Origin: Eledone cirrhosa
Taxonomy: Eukaryota
Reading direction: 5' to 3'
Length of the DNA stretch: 64,000 nucleotides
Assembly (NCBI GenBank): GCA_964016885.1
Contig: OZ024756.1
Coordinates: 28,458,001-28,522,000, forward strand
The notes beneath the pieces were generated by a model that was not told the origin of the DNA, did not search any database, and was given only the letters and a program-made list of their open reading frames with translations. Numbering within the stretch: the first letter of the stretch is position 1; every line of letters starts with the position of its first letter. The position numbers and the translations under genes are program-made. Positions 1 through 13,700 of the stretch are shown here, one piece after another.

Positions 1-441
1 CTACCTGGAGTGACTCTCTGATCTCTGAGCTGCACATTCCATGGAGCAATGTTACTCCAAAAACCCTTCAGAGGAACCTCATTTTGGCCACTTGTATTTG
101 CGATGGTATTCTTTTGGTCATTCCCCAAGATTCATGACCATAGGTAAGATACTATACTATTACTTTTAGACTGTTGTCATAATTGGAATGTGGCATAAAG
201 GGAAGACTATACAGTGGGATTTTGGCAAAATTTCATTGAATTTCTGTTGTCAGGCAATATATTATTTGTTTGTTTGATAGTAACACATATGTCAAAGTGA
301 TATTGGAATATATATATAAAATTACTATTTACACACACACATGTAAATATATATATATATATATATATACACACACCTATATGTGTGTAAATAGATAGAT
401 ATATATGTATACATATGTATATATATACACACCTATGTGTG

Positions 442-476
<35 letters not shown>

Positions 477-1085
477 AACTGAATTCATTCGCCTGATGTA
501 GGGGCTCCCTTGCCGATCCCCATGTGGGGTCAGCAATAGTCAGTCCTTGTATTAACATTGAACTAAAACCTGTTGAGAAAGTGGCTTCCTTGTTCAATCA
601 TCTTACTAGAAGCCTAACATTATTTATGTAAGCGGACAGTAATTGATTTAGGAGCCGCAGAAACCCATATACTGGATTTTACCAACCTTCCAGGGGTCCG
701 GATAAATTTTCATTCACAGATATTTTTTATTTGTTTGACCCGAATTACTTGATCGTTTTTTTTTGGCTATACGAATGATTGTTTAACCATCGTCTCAGTG
801 TGTTTGGCCGTTAACGTTTGTTACAGCTCTGGTTCATCTGAATCATTGAGCACTTGCCACACATCTCGGAGGTTGTTTTTCATTATTTCGTGGGCCGAAA
901 TGCGATTCTCGATAATTTATATTTGTATATATATATATATATGTATACATATATATATGTTTACATATATATACATACATGTATATATACACATGTATAT
1001 ATATGTACACACACATATATATATATATAAACATACACATGTATGTATATATATATATATATATATAAATATACATACACACACG

Positions 1086-1127
<42 letters not shown>

Positions 1128-1302
1128 CAAACAAACACATATAAGTGTATACATATGTAAATATATACATGTATATATAATAAAGACATTTAACGTTTGT
1201 TTTCCCTGCTAGCAAGGGTTGGATATGTTGTCACAGACTGTCACTACTACTCACCTCTCAGATGTCATCTGCATCTTGCTTGCTTATGTTCTATTACTAA
1301 AT

Positions 1303-1808
1303 ATAGTGTAGCCTTCTATCACCATAGTGTGGTCTTCTAACACTATATAGTGTGGCCTTCTATCACTATATAGTGTGGTCTTCTAACACTATATATAGTG
1401 TGGACTTCTAACACGATATAGTGTGGCCTTCTATCACTATAGTGTGGTCTTCTATCACTATAGTGTGGTCTTGTACCACTATATAGTGTGGTCTTCTATC
1501 ACTATATATAGTGTATTCTTCTATCACTATATATAGTGTGGTCTTCTATCACTATATATAGTGTGGTCTTCTATCACTATATATAGTGTGGTCTTCTATC
1601 ACTATATATAGTGTGGTCTTCTATCACTATATATAGTGTGGCCTTCTATCACTATATAAAGTGTGGCCCACTATCACTGTAGTGTGGTCTTCTACGACTA
1701 TATATAGTGTATTCTTCTATCACTATATATAGTGTGGCCCTTTACCACTATAGTGTGGTCTTTTACCACTATAGTGTGATCTTCTATTACTATATATAGT
1801 ATGGCCTT
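1303..1808. repeat. 25-29-bp minisatellite with an internal palindrome CACTA(TA)nGTG
   Basis: Unit ctatcactatatatagtgtggtctt, about 18 copies. Confidence 0.92.
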
Positions 1809-2452
1809 CGATTCATGTTGCAACAAAACCATTTTATTGTCGCAGTCATCAGCCTGGATCAGTATTTGTATTTCTGCTGCGGTCCCTTAGACAGCTATTC
1901 AGTCCCAACTTTAACTGGAATTTTTTTTTATTTGGTAGATGCACTATGGAGTTTGGACAAATACACCATCAACAGGGGCTGCATACTTGTGCATTTGACT
2001 AACATGGGTTTATCGTACATGTGTTTATATTTAGATATATAAGACAGCAGTGCTCAGGTATGGCTGATGTAACAAATAAGTAATGATTTAAATGTGAAGT
2101 TAAAAGACACACACACCTGAGAATAAGTAATGATTTAAATGTGGAGTTAAAAGACACATACAGACACACATCTGAGAATAAGTAATGATTTAATGTGAGG
2201 TTAAAAGACACAAACACACAATTAAACACACCTGAGAATAGAGAATAAGTAACGATATAGGTATAAAGTGAAAAGACAAAGCTATTCTGGGCTGTGGAAA
2301 ACACAGGACAGTTGATTTTCCTCAAAGACAAAATATATTGTTCAAATCTTTCAAAATTTACCTTTATTTCATTAATATTTTTGCTTTTAAGTTAAGAAAC
2401 TCATTAGAAGTTTGTCAAAATGAGACGGTGAACTTAAAAAATACACACACAT

Positions 2453-2483
<31 letters not shown>

Positions 2484-2665
2484 AACACACATTGCAGTAT
2501 CCTTATCTTGTTTTCTACTATATTATTATTTACACATATACATAGCTTATATAAACATACATACACACATTGAAATATGTGTGTGCGTGCATATATATAT
2601 ATATACATACACAAACACGCACATACATATATGCTCACATGCATATACATATAGATATATGTACA

Positions 2666-2698
<33 letters not shown>

Positions 2699-3161
2699 TA
2701 TATATATATAAGTTTATGCCTCTCATTTTTAATTTTGCTCATGAATATATATATATTATATCACCATCATAATCTCTGTTTAATATCCATTTTTCCAAGC
2801 TGGCATGGGTTAGACAAGTTATCCTGTTGTGAGCAATGCCAGGTCAGGTGACCATATCTTGGTCGTACAGAACATATATATATATATACATATATATATA
2901 TTAATATATATTATAATATACATATATATATTATATTTATATATATTATAATATACATACATATATATATATATTGTATTTATATATATATATATATTAT
3001 AATATACATACATATATATATATATGATTTATATATGATATATATGATTCCAGTTCCTCGGAGGACTAACAACACAGCCAGGAGCTGGACATATCGATGT
3101 ATTGACAGAGTGGAACACACTTCAACAACATGTGTACCTGTCTTTTCCACACCAATTTGGA

Positions 3162-3216
3162 CTGCCTGAAGAGGTCACAGCCAATGATGGCTGTCACCGA
3201 AATATATATATAGCAG
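3162..3216 (+). ncRNA. Type I minimal hammerhead ribozyme (Penelope-type)
   Basis: ctgc CTGAAGA ggtcacagcca-atga-tggctgtcacc GAAA tatatata TA gcag; all core nucleotides and three stems are present. Confidence 0.75.
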
Positions 3217-3268
3217 AAAATCTATAATTTATAATAAACGAAGCCATATTTTACATATTTGACTTACT

Positions 3269-3333
<65 letters not shown>

Positions 3334-3634
3334 GTCTGATAATTCTTGACTGAGATGAAACTAGCCAATCTCTGTGAGGAATAATCATATCATCAATTCC
3401 CCCAATAAAAATATATATACTCTACACATGTATCGAGTTCACTTTATTCTAGAGATAGCCATCTCTAGTATTATATGTATGTGTGTGTATGTGAGTGGGT
3501 GTGCATTCACATATATATATATATATATTTAGAGAGAGAGAGGGAGAGAGAGAGAAAGAGAGATAGAGAGTGACTAGTTACTAGTTATTAAATCATATAA
3601 ATATTGCAATAATAATAATAATAATAATAATAAT

Positions 3635-4306
3635 AGTTTCTGATTTAGGCGCAACGCCAGCAATTTTGGAGGGAGGGGAAAGTTGATTAAATCAACCCCA
3701 GTACATTACTGGTACTTTATTTTATCGACTCTGTAAGGATGAAAGGCAAAGCTAACCTCGGCGGGATTTGAACTCAGAAAAAAAGAACCGTAACTCTATG
3801 CCACAAAGCATGTTGTTCGATGCTCTACTGACTGTCAATCCACTGCCCTAATAATAATAATAATAGTTTCTACATTTGCCGCAAGTCCTGCAAGGGGAAG
3901 GGAAAGTGGATTAAATCGACCCTAGCACTTCACTGGTATTTTATTTCATTGACCTCAGTAGGAGGAAAGGCAGAGTTCACCTTAGCAGAGTTTGAACTCA
4001 GAACATAAAGTGCTGTAACCAAATACTACAAAGCATTTTAATCGACACTCTACTGATTCTGCCAAACCACCTCCCTCAATAATAATAATTGTTTCTACTA
4101 TAGGAACAAGGCCACCAATTTTTGGGCAAAGGGAAAGTCGAATAAATTGACACCAGTGCTAAATTGATGTCAATTTAATCGACCCCGTAAGGATGAAAGG
4201 CAAAGCTAACCTCTGCGGGATTTGAACTCAGAATGCAAAGGGACGTAACTCTACGCCGCAAAGCATGTTTTCCTACGCTTTGCCAATTCTGCCAATTCAC
4301 CACCCT

Positions 4307-4345
<39 letters not shown>

Positions 4346-4440
4346 TGTTTCTACATTTGGCACAAGGCCAGCAATTACCCAGTACATTACTGGTACTTTA
4401 TTTTATCGACCCCGTAAGGATGAAAGGCAAAGTCAACCAA
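3635..4440 (-). mobile_element. Cluster of tRNA-derived SINEs (family A). Further copies at about 10780-10940, 27310-27425, 27790-27965, 29028-29244, 32894-33205, 43085-43268, 43568-43860, 52120-52505, 57945-58160
   Basis: A-box tggcagaatt/gtcgg, B-box gagttcaaatccc, core actttgcctttcatccttacggggtcgataaaataaagtaccag, (att)n tail. Confidence 0.85.
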
Positions 4441-4521
4441 TAATAATAATAATAATGATAATAATACTGATAAATTTATATAGGTTTCTGTCAGTGATAA
4501 AATGGTGAAGACGTGGTGCCG

Positions 4522-4797
4522 TTAACTTTGCACAATCTCTTGGAGTACCTCCGTACTGGCAGTGATGTCCTGTAACTCTGCACTTTGTACATCCAACGTG
4601 GTCTCTCCAGCGGCAATCTGTGTTGTCTCTTGAGGGGTAACATACTGAATAACAAACTGGTTTCCAGCAAGTTCCTGATTTGCATCTGACACAAGCACTT
4701 CTTGGCCTTCTTCCTGTACGATGATGGTGTCGGGGTTCACAGTGACCATCTGACCACTCTCTGACTGAACAGTAATCTGTTGTTGACCAAAGGCTCC
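4522..4797 (-). CDS. ZFAT: ZFAT last coding exon (GAFGQQQITVQSESGQMVTVNPD...EIVQS*)
   Basis: ttttaacag acceptor; Q/V/T-rich tail; ORF 4522..4749. Confidence 0.8.
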   Translation of the reverse strand, partial: GAFGQQQITVQSESGQMVTVNPDTIIVQEEGQEVLVSDANQELAGNQFVIQYVTPQETTQIAAGETTLDVQSAELQDITASTEVLQEIVQS

Positions 4798-7700
4798 CTG
4801 TTAAAAGAAAAAAGACAGAAACCTATCTTAACCCTTTAGCATTTAAACCGGCCATATCTGGCCAGAATTCTCTCACCTCTTTCTGTTCAAACCAGCCATA
4901 ACTAGCCGCTCATACTTAGGTTAAGATATTGTTCTCAAAATAAATGACATCAAAATCTCATAGATTTGATATTATGTGAGATAATTATGTGAAATAAAGT
5001 GTTTAACCATCGTCACCACCACTACCACCACTATAGGAAATATAGAAAGAGAGTGAGAGAGTGTGGTAAAGATATATACATAAAATACAGAGAGAGACAG
5101 TTAGATATATATAGGGAGAGTTATTCTGACAGCTGTGGATTCTAATGATATTCAATATTGACAATCTTGAAATTGATTTAAATATCAATAAAAGTTACAT
5201 ATTTTTATAACTAACAACCCTAAAAAATTCTCATTGGGAAACAGATTTCGAAAATGAAAAATGTTTTTCTCTAGAATGTACCGTTTCGAAGCCTTTGGGA
5301 GACATACACTTATACACACATACACTCTCATTTATAGTGTGTCTTAAGCCAGAAGGCTCATTTGGGCGATGCTTATCTCGGTTTCATGGCATGAAGCGAC
5401 TTCCCCCCTGGACAGGACGCCAATCCATCACAGGGTTAAACCCCCAGCAATTGCTGGTACCCATTTTCAGCTGATTATACTGGAAATGAAGTGTTTTGCT
5501 TAAGAACACAACATGCACCCAGGATATTATGATCATAAGTCCAACACCCTTACCACTAGGCCACATGCCTCCATCATTTATATATATATACACACACGAG
5601 GGTTTGACTGAAACGTTGAAAGGCTGACTATAAAGGAGTGATGTGAGAGTTGTGAAATCTTGTATGCATTAATTTAAACTCTTCTGATTAATAACTGCAT
5701 TGTTTCTTTCAAAGGACAATGTTGAAAAATAAACCTTATTTCGTCATTCCATGAGAGTATCTTGGTCAGCCTATCAACTTTTCAGCTAACCCTTTATGTC
5801 AGGTAACCCAGTACAACCTGTTGCATGGTCGGGTCGTTGGTGACTAAACTAGCAACCCCACCAAGTTTACTTGGTGAGGAGAGTGATTTTGAACACCCTG
5901 CAGGGCAAAAAACAAAACCTGACAAAGGGTGGAAGAACTCATAGACGTCAACGGCCATCTAAAAACAAAAAATCCTGCCAAATCAATGGGTGGCAGTAGT
6001 TCCAGCTGCACTCATCGAAAGACTGGTGCAGTGGTTCTGAGAACAATGCGTTTTGCAGATGATCAATGCAAATTGACAATGGAAAGGCGCTCCCTCTCGA
6101 GTTAGAAGAGAACTATTGACCTTCAGGAGAAGCAGTGACCCCTGATTGTATTCAGCAACTGAAACAAATATGAAGTACACCAAATCTAATGCTCCTAGGG
6201 GTGGCCCTGGTTCTTCTTATTTGCGAGTTTAAACTCAGCCAGATTAGATTAGATCATATGTTCACACTCACACACATGAATGCGCATGTGTGTCTGTGTG
6301 TGCGTGTGAGAATGATTAATCAATGTGAACCAAATAAAATGTATACCTGTTGTGACATGTCGATAATATGTTGTAGAATGTTCACAGCCGAAGCAGTTTT
6401 TTCGTCCAACTCTTGAGGGGCAGGTACTACAACAACAATTAATTGACAAGAAATTAAAATTACATCTACAAATTCTTGAGGTGTAGGTACCACAGCAATA
6501 ACATCTATATAACAATAACATCTATATGTAAATTTGAGTGACTTCCGTCTATCTGTCACACTTTAGAGATGACTGGGGAAGGAAGGGGTGATGACGTCAC
6601 ACACTAGAGATGACTGAGGAAGGAAGGGGTGATGACGTCACACACTAGAGATGACTGAGAAAGGAAGGGGTGATGACGTCACACACTAGAGATGATTGAG
6701 GAAGGAAGGGGTGATGACGTCACCCACTAGAGATGATTGAGGAAGGAAGGGTGATGACGTCACACACTAGAGATGATTGAGGAAGGAAGGGGTGATGACG
6801 TCACACACTAGAGATGATTGAGGAAAGAAGGAGTGATGACGTCACGCACTAGAGATGACTGAGGAAGGAAGGGGTGATGACGTCACACACTAGAGATGAT
6901 TGAGGAAGGAAGGGGTGATGACATCATACACTAGAGATGATTGAGGAAGGAAGGAGTGATGACGTCACGCACTAGAGATGATTGAGGAAGGAAGGGGTGA
7001 TGACATCACACACTAGAGATGACTGAGGAAGGGGTGATGACGTCACACACTAGAGATGACTGAGGAAGGGGTGATGGCGTCACACACTAGAGATGATTGA
7101 GGAAGGAAGGGGTGATGACATCACACACTAGAGATGACTGAGGAAGGGGTGATGACGTCACACACTAGAGATGACTGAGAAAGGAAGGGGTGATGACGTC
7201 ACACACTAGAGATGCTTGAGGAAGGAAGGGGTGATGACGTCACACACTAGAGATGATTGAGGAAGGAAGGGGTGATGACGTCACCCACTAGAGATGATTG
7301 AGGAAGGAAGGGTGATGACGTCACACACTAGAGATGATTGAGGAAGGAAGGGGTGATGACATCACACACTAGAGATGATTGAGGAAAGAAGGAGTGATGA
7401 CGTCACGCACTAGAGATGACTGAGGAAGGAAGGGGTGATGACGTCACACACTAGAGATGATTGAGGAAGGAAGGGGTGATGACATCATACACTAGAGATG
7501 ATTGAGGAAGGAAGGAGTGATGACGTCACGCACTAGAGATGATTGAGGAAGGAAGGGGTGATGACATCACACACTAGAGATGACTGAGGAAGGGGTGATG
7601 ACGTCACACACTAGAGATGACTGAGGAAGGGGTGATGACGTCACACACTAGAGATGATTGAGGAAGGAAGGGGTGATGACATCACACACTAGAGATGACT

Positions 7701-10700
7701 GAGGAAGGGGTGATGACGTCACACACTAGAGATGACTGAGAAAGGAAGGGGTGATGACGTCACACACTAGAGATGATTGAGGAAGGAAGGGGTGATGACG
7801 TCACACACTAGAGATGACTGAGGAAGGAAGGGGTGATGACGTCACACACTAGAGATGACTGAGGAAGGAAGGGGTGATGACGTCACACACTAGAGATGAC
7901 TGAGAAAGGAAGGGGTGATGACGTCACACACTAGAGATGATTGAGGAAGGAAGGGGTGATGACGTCACACACTAGAGATGACTGAGGAAGGAAGGGGTGA
8001 TGACGTCACACACTAGAGATGACTGAGAAAGGAAGGGGTGATGACGTCACACACTAGAGATGATTGAGGAAGGAAGGGGTGATGACATCATACACTAGAG
8101 ATGACTGAGAAAGGAAGGGGTGATGACGTCACACACTAGAGATGATTGAGGAAGGAAGGGGTGATGACGTCACACACTAGAGATGACTGAGGAAGGAAGG
8201 GGTGATGACGTCACACACTAGAGATGATTGAGAAAGGAAGGGTTAAATGTACAGATTCATAGTCAGAAACAAAGATTATTTCAAGTTAAAACCATAATAT
8301 ATATAGAAATAGACTAAAGTTTGTATATTCATATTTATGCCAGATTAATATTCTAGTTACCAATAATTCGTCTCAGACGTTACGGTTAGGGTTTATTTTA
8401 TAATTACCTGAATTTGTTTCCTCAGAATATAGAGGCGGTTCATCACTAACTTGGAAAACCTAAAGCAAAAAAAAAACAAAAAAAAACAATCACATTTGAG
8501 AAATAAAGTAAAATGCTGCGATGTTTGGTAAAAATCATCCTGATGATTTACCGTCCATTTTTTCCCTCCTAGCAAGGGTTGGATGGGTCGTCACAGAATA
8601 AGTCAGTATTTAATCAGTGCTACTCACCTCTTCCATGGGCTAGGGGAAGGTGCATTTTGTTCTCTACAGAGTGTACTGGGTACATTTTATTGACACCAGC
8701 ATTCCCGAGGCTGTCAGATCATTGACACAACTGAAGAGTCCTTTCAAACCTTTGTTTGGCAAGTTTCCTATCACCAACCACTTTACACCAATACACACCA
8801 ACTAGCATGCACAGACAAGCACAATAACCCCCACCACCCCACCAACAACAAGGCAACTCACACAAGCACACTGTCCACCAGACCTCCAACTACACACACA
8901 TACACACTAACACGCACAATAACAAGCCGCCCTACACACACCGACAATCCCGCAAACACACATCAAGCCCCCACCCCTTCACATACACGCACGCCTGCCA
9001 CACACACACAATAACCTGCTCACTAAGCCCCCTACACAGACACACATACAGACTAAAAAACACGAACAAGCCAATTAATTGGACATAAAACCTTCCCAGC
9101 TCCCCACAAAAAAACCCCCAGAACTTACAAGTTCAGAAGCTGTTATATTCTCCAATGTTTGAATGTCTTGGACCTGGACATGGTGCCGTACTTTGAGATG
9201 ACGCTTCAGGTCAGACAGGTTACCAAACAGATAATCACAGCTGAGACATCGGTAGACACGAGAGTCAGAAGAAGAAGCAGAGCTGTTTGGCTTCTCAACA
9301 GGGCTGTTACTGCTGGTGTATTGTAGCCCCTTATGGTTGCGTGTGTAGTGAACCTTCATATAACCGAGGGTGTTTGCTGAGTAATCACAGTGCTGGCACA
9401 CAAACCGTTTCACTATGTCGTGAGTTTCCATGTGTCGTTTTAAGTGACTCCTCTGCGTTGCTTCATAAGGACACCTGTCAAAGAAAACAAAACACTGAAA
9501 TAAAATACATTTAATCGTTTTGGTAGCAACCTCGCCAAAACCAGCTCTGGTTCCATGAAAGAAAACCACCCATTTTAAAGGGTTCCTATTTAACCCTTTA
9601 GCATTTAAACCGGTCATATCTGGCCAGAATTCTCTCACCTCTTTCTGTTCAAACCAGCCACTCATTATGTTAAGGTATTGTTTTTAAAATAAATAATATC
9701 AAAATCTCGTAGACTCGATATTATGTGAGATAATTATGTGCAGTAAAGCCTTTACCATGAAAATACAATAGTAAATATAGAGTAATGTAAATGCTAAAGG
9801 GTTAAATTCAAATTCCCCAACAAAATTTTATATAAGGACCATAAGTTAAGTTATCTTAGTATCATCATCATCATCACCATTTAACATCTATTTTCCATGC
9901 TTGTACGGGTTAGATGGGTTGTCACATTCTGAGGTGAGACAGCTCAGAGGACCATGTTCATACATTCCTTCTTTGGCATTCTTAGTAATGAAACCATTAA
10001 TAATCATAGTAAATCCCTTAAGATTCTTTATTAATTAATTAGAAATATGGTCACAAAAGGGTTAAAGGAACCAAAAAGGGAACCTCTACATCAGAAGTGG
10101 AAAAACCTTTCAGTACCTTGGCATGATTTACAGGTACATACGGACCTTTCAGTACCATGGCGTCATTTACAGGTACGTACGAACCTTTCAGTACCATGGC
10201 GTGATTTACAGGTACATACAAACCAGTTGAAGGCAATGGTTTGGTAGAGTCCTTAGAATGTCAAATGCACATGGATAATCACACACAAACACACTGGGGG
10301 TTGATTTAATAAACTACGCTTTCCAAAATGATGCTGTAGTATGGCCAGGGCTGAACGACTGAAACTAGGAAGGCAGTAAAAGAACAAAAGGAAGAATGAA
10401 CTAGAAAGCTAACAAACACTTACTTGTCACACTTGAACAGTTTTCCGTCCTTGTGGGAACGGACATGCCACCTCAAGGCAGTCTTTGACTTGTATGCTTT
10501 GCCACAGTCGTTACACATGAATGGCTTCTCGTTAGAATGGCGCAACATGTGTGCTTGCAGGTTATTCTTACTGCGACAGGCATGTGGACAAAGAGGACAC
10601 CTGAAAGGCTTGATGCCCTCATGTATCCAAATATGTTTTCTCAGTTCAGAGTTGGCGCGAATAAATACTCGTTCACAGTATGGACATTTATAAGAACGAC

Positions 10701-13700
10701 GACCTATAAAAGAATGTTTTAGTATTTAAGCAAATATACCAGCAAATTAGTTTAAATAATGTCTACATTGATATTATAAGGCGGTGAATTGGCAGAGTCG
10801 TTAGAACGTCAGATAGAATGCTTTATGGTATTAGTTCCAGCTTTCTACTTTCTCAGTACAAATCCTGCCAAGATCAACTTTGCTTTTCATCCTTTTGAGG
10901 TTGATAGAAAAGTACTAATTTTAGAACTGGGGTCGATTCTTCCTCTCTCTGGAAGAAATCTGCTGCACTCAGGCCTGAAGCGGGATGGGCTCCGCCAGGT
11001 TTAAAATGCCCAAGAAACACTGTATGTCAACATGGCGCCGCTGCAACTCTATCAGGAGTTACAGGACCATAGCAAACCATACCATATATTGATATTATAG
11101 TGTGGCAAATTAGCAGAATTATTAGAACGATAGATGAAATGCTTTACAGTATTCATTCTGAGTTCAACTTTGCCCTTCATCCTTTCAATGTTGATAAGAA
11201 AAAAAAAGGTACCAGTTCAATACTAGGATTGATTCTCCCTCTTTACCACTCCCTCTCTCACATTTTCCTTGGAAGAAATCAGCTGTGTTCAAACCTGGAG
11301 AAGGATGGGCTCTGCCAGGTTTGATAATGTCCTAAACATATTGTATGTCACAATGGCTCCACATATTTGACAAAAAGCAACCAAATAAACAAACAATGAA
11401 ACTCACCCATTTTTCTTTGAATTCGGTGCCCCAGTCCTGTTATCCGTTGGACCTCTTCTTTGCTCATCTTTGGATGTTTTATAAGAATATGGTTGCGTAA
11501 TCTCTTCAAACTTTAACAATAAAAATAACATTATATATTTATTATATATACGTTAATAACACAAATAACATTATATCATCATCACCAAATAATGCACTCG
11601 GAAAACAGAGCCAACAGTAAACAAAGCATCTAGTGCAGTGATTCCCAACGTGGGTGCACATTACTGTCAGAAATTCCTGACTCACCACCTCCATATGTTA
11701 TTATGCATTTGGCACCACATATGCCATGTGAAGGTGTGTGGCTGAGTGGTAAGAGAATTGGATTCGAAATTGTAAGTTTGTGAGTTCAGTTACTGGACCG
11801 GGTGATGCGTTATGTCCTCGAGCAAGACACTTTATTTCACGTTGCTCCTTCTACCTGGAGTTGCGACTGATAGATAGTACTAGCAATTGGAAAAACCAAT
11901 GGAAATATTATTTCCTTGGTCCGATTTGATGAAAGTCAATCGACTGTCTATACAATTTGTTTACACTTTGCAGTTGATCATTGCTGTTTTCATGTCAAAG
12001 GAGGACATAACAATTTTTTAGATGTTGAGGTGGAGCATGGTGCACAAAGGTTTGGGAACCACTGATCAAGTGGATGTTAAGTTATTTTATTAAATCCTCA
12101 AATAAAATTTTTAAAAAGCTAAAATCTAAAAAATTCAGGACCCGTTGGAAGGAGTGTTTGAGGACTTTGCCCTAACAACCCTCTCAGGAATAAGTGGGAG
12201 TAGGAGAAGAAGAAGATTACAGAGTGAGGTAGGAGTGGAGGGGAATATATATTCTAGGTATTCAAAAGAATCTGGGGAAACCGGCCTAATTGAATTCATA
12301 TATCTAATTCCTTTTAACATTTGTGTAGGTCCACGGCCTAGTAGTTAAGAGTGTGTTCAATGCACAATTGTAGGGTTGTAGATTCAATTCCTGGACCAGC
12401 CAGCAGATCAGGGTGTCACTCCAGGTAGAACTGTTATTTCACTGAATTGAGAGATCACAGCTCTGGTAGTATGGATATGTGGTCAGAATGTCTAAGGCAG
12501 TCATTGGCAAACTGCGGCGGCCTGTTTGGCATTCCTAATTTCAAAATTGCCTCAAAATTTTTAGTCTTGCTGCCCACCTTATGATGAACTACACCTATGC
12601 GGCCCACTGCTCGAAAAAGGCTATGTATGCCTGGCCTAAGGAAAGAATCATTGGACACTCAACACGAGCAAGATGGTTGGATAACATTCATAAGCTTGGT
12701 TGGTCTCGCTCAGAGAGATGGTTGCTTTTGATAAGACCCTCTGGAAGGCGTATCAGAAGACTCTGCTCCATGACCCTCCCAGAAGGAGAAGAGGAGGTTG
12801 TGGTGGAGGCAACATTGGTAGTAGTAGTAGTAGTAGTAGCAGTAGTTTGATAATATATATAGAATGTCTTTCTACTCACTTTTCAAACTTCTCGTGGCAC
12901 TGAGGACACTCCAAACCAGACACACCTCGGTGTTTAAGCTGGTGGTTCCAAAGTTGTGTTCGACTGGTGGCCAGAAACTTACATTCTTTACAAGGGAAGG
13001 TAACTTTGTCATGTTCTCGCTCAATGTGTCTCTTCAGGTTATCTCGAGTAATAGCTCGGTAGTCACACACTTGACACTGAAAAGGTCGGTCTCCTGTTAA
13101 CAGAAATATATTGAATGCATAACAATTTTTAACAAACCCAATCAACAAAAATAGATCATATATTAATTCTTAACCTTTTTGTTATCCTATTTTTAATGAA
13201 AGATACTCTTTATGGTTTTCAAATTAGCCGTGTTAAGGACATGGCAACTTTCCTAGTGTTTGTTGACTTACATGATAAACACACCCAGTACATGCTGTGG
13301 TGAGAGAGAGGAAAGGCACCATTTACAAGACACTAATTCATAGCTATTATTTGCTATTATTTACAAGGTACTAATTCATAGCTACTATTTACAAGGCACT
13401 GATACATAGCTGCTATTTACAAGGTCATGATTCAAAGCTGCTATTTACAAGGTCATGATTCAAAGCTGCTATTTACAAGGTCATGATTCAAAGCTGTTAT
13501 TTACAAGGTCATGATTCAAAGTTGCTATTTACAAGGTCATGATTCAAAATTGCTATTTACAAGGTTATGATTTTGTTATCAAATATCTTAGAGCAACACA
13601 TTACTTCTGTTAGGTCCAAATTAACAAGATCGAAAAAGTTATTTACCTGTGTGGGTGCGAACATGTGGATCATAATCAGCCCGATTGTAGAAGAGGCGTC

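Noticed and set aside
207-3013. Many [12 protein letters not shown] ORFs here and throughout the window
   Set aside because: (TA)n and (CA)n microsatellite artefacts
6563-8243. CRISPR-like or coding interpretation of the 41-bp array
   Set aside because: No unique spacers; eukaryotic context; unit length not divisible by 3 and contains stops
8628-8770. Extra ZFAT exon ending at a GAG|gtgagt donor
   Set aside because: Not needed for frame; a similar motif follows the same repeat family at about 1250
10780-10880. tRNA genes at A-box/B-box motifs
   Set aside because: They are SINE heads followed by SINE bodies; no cloverleaf
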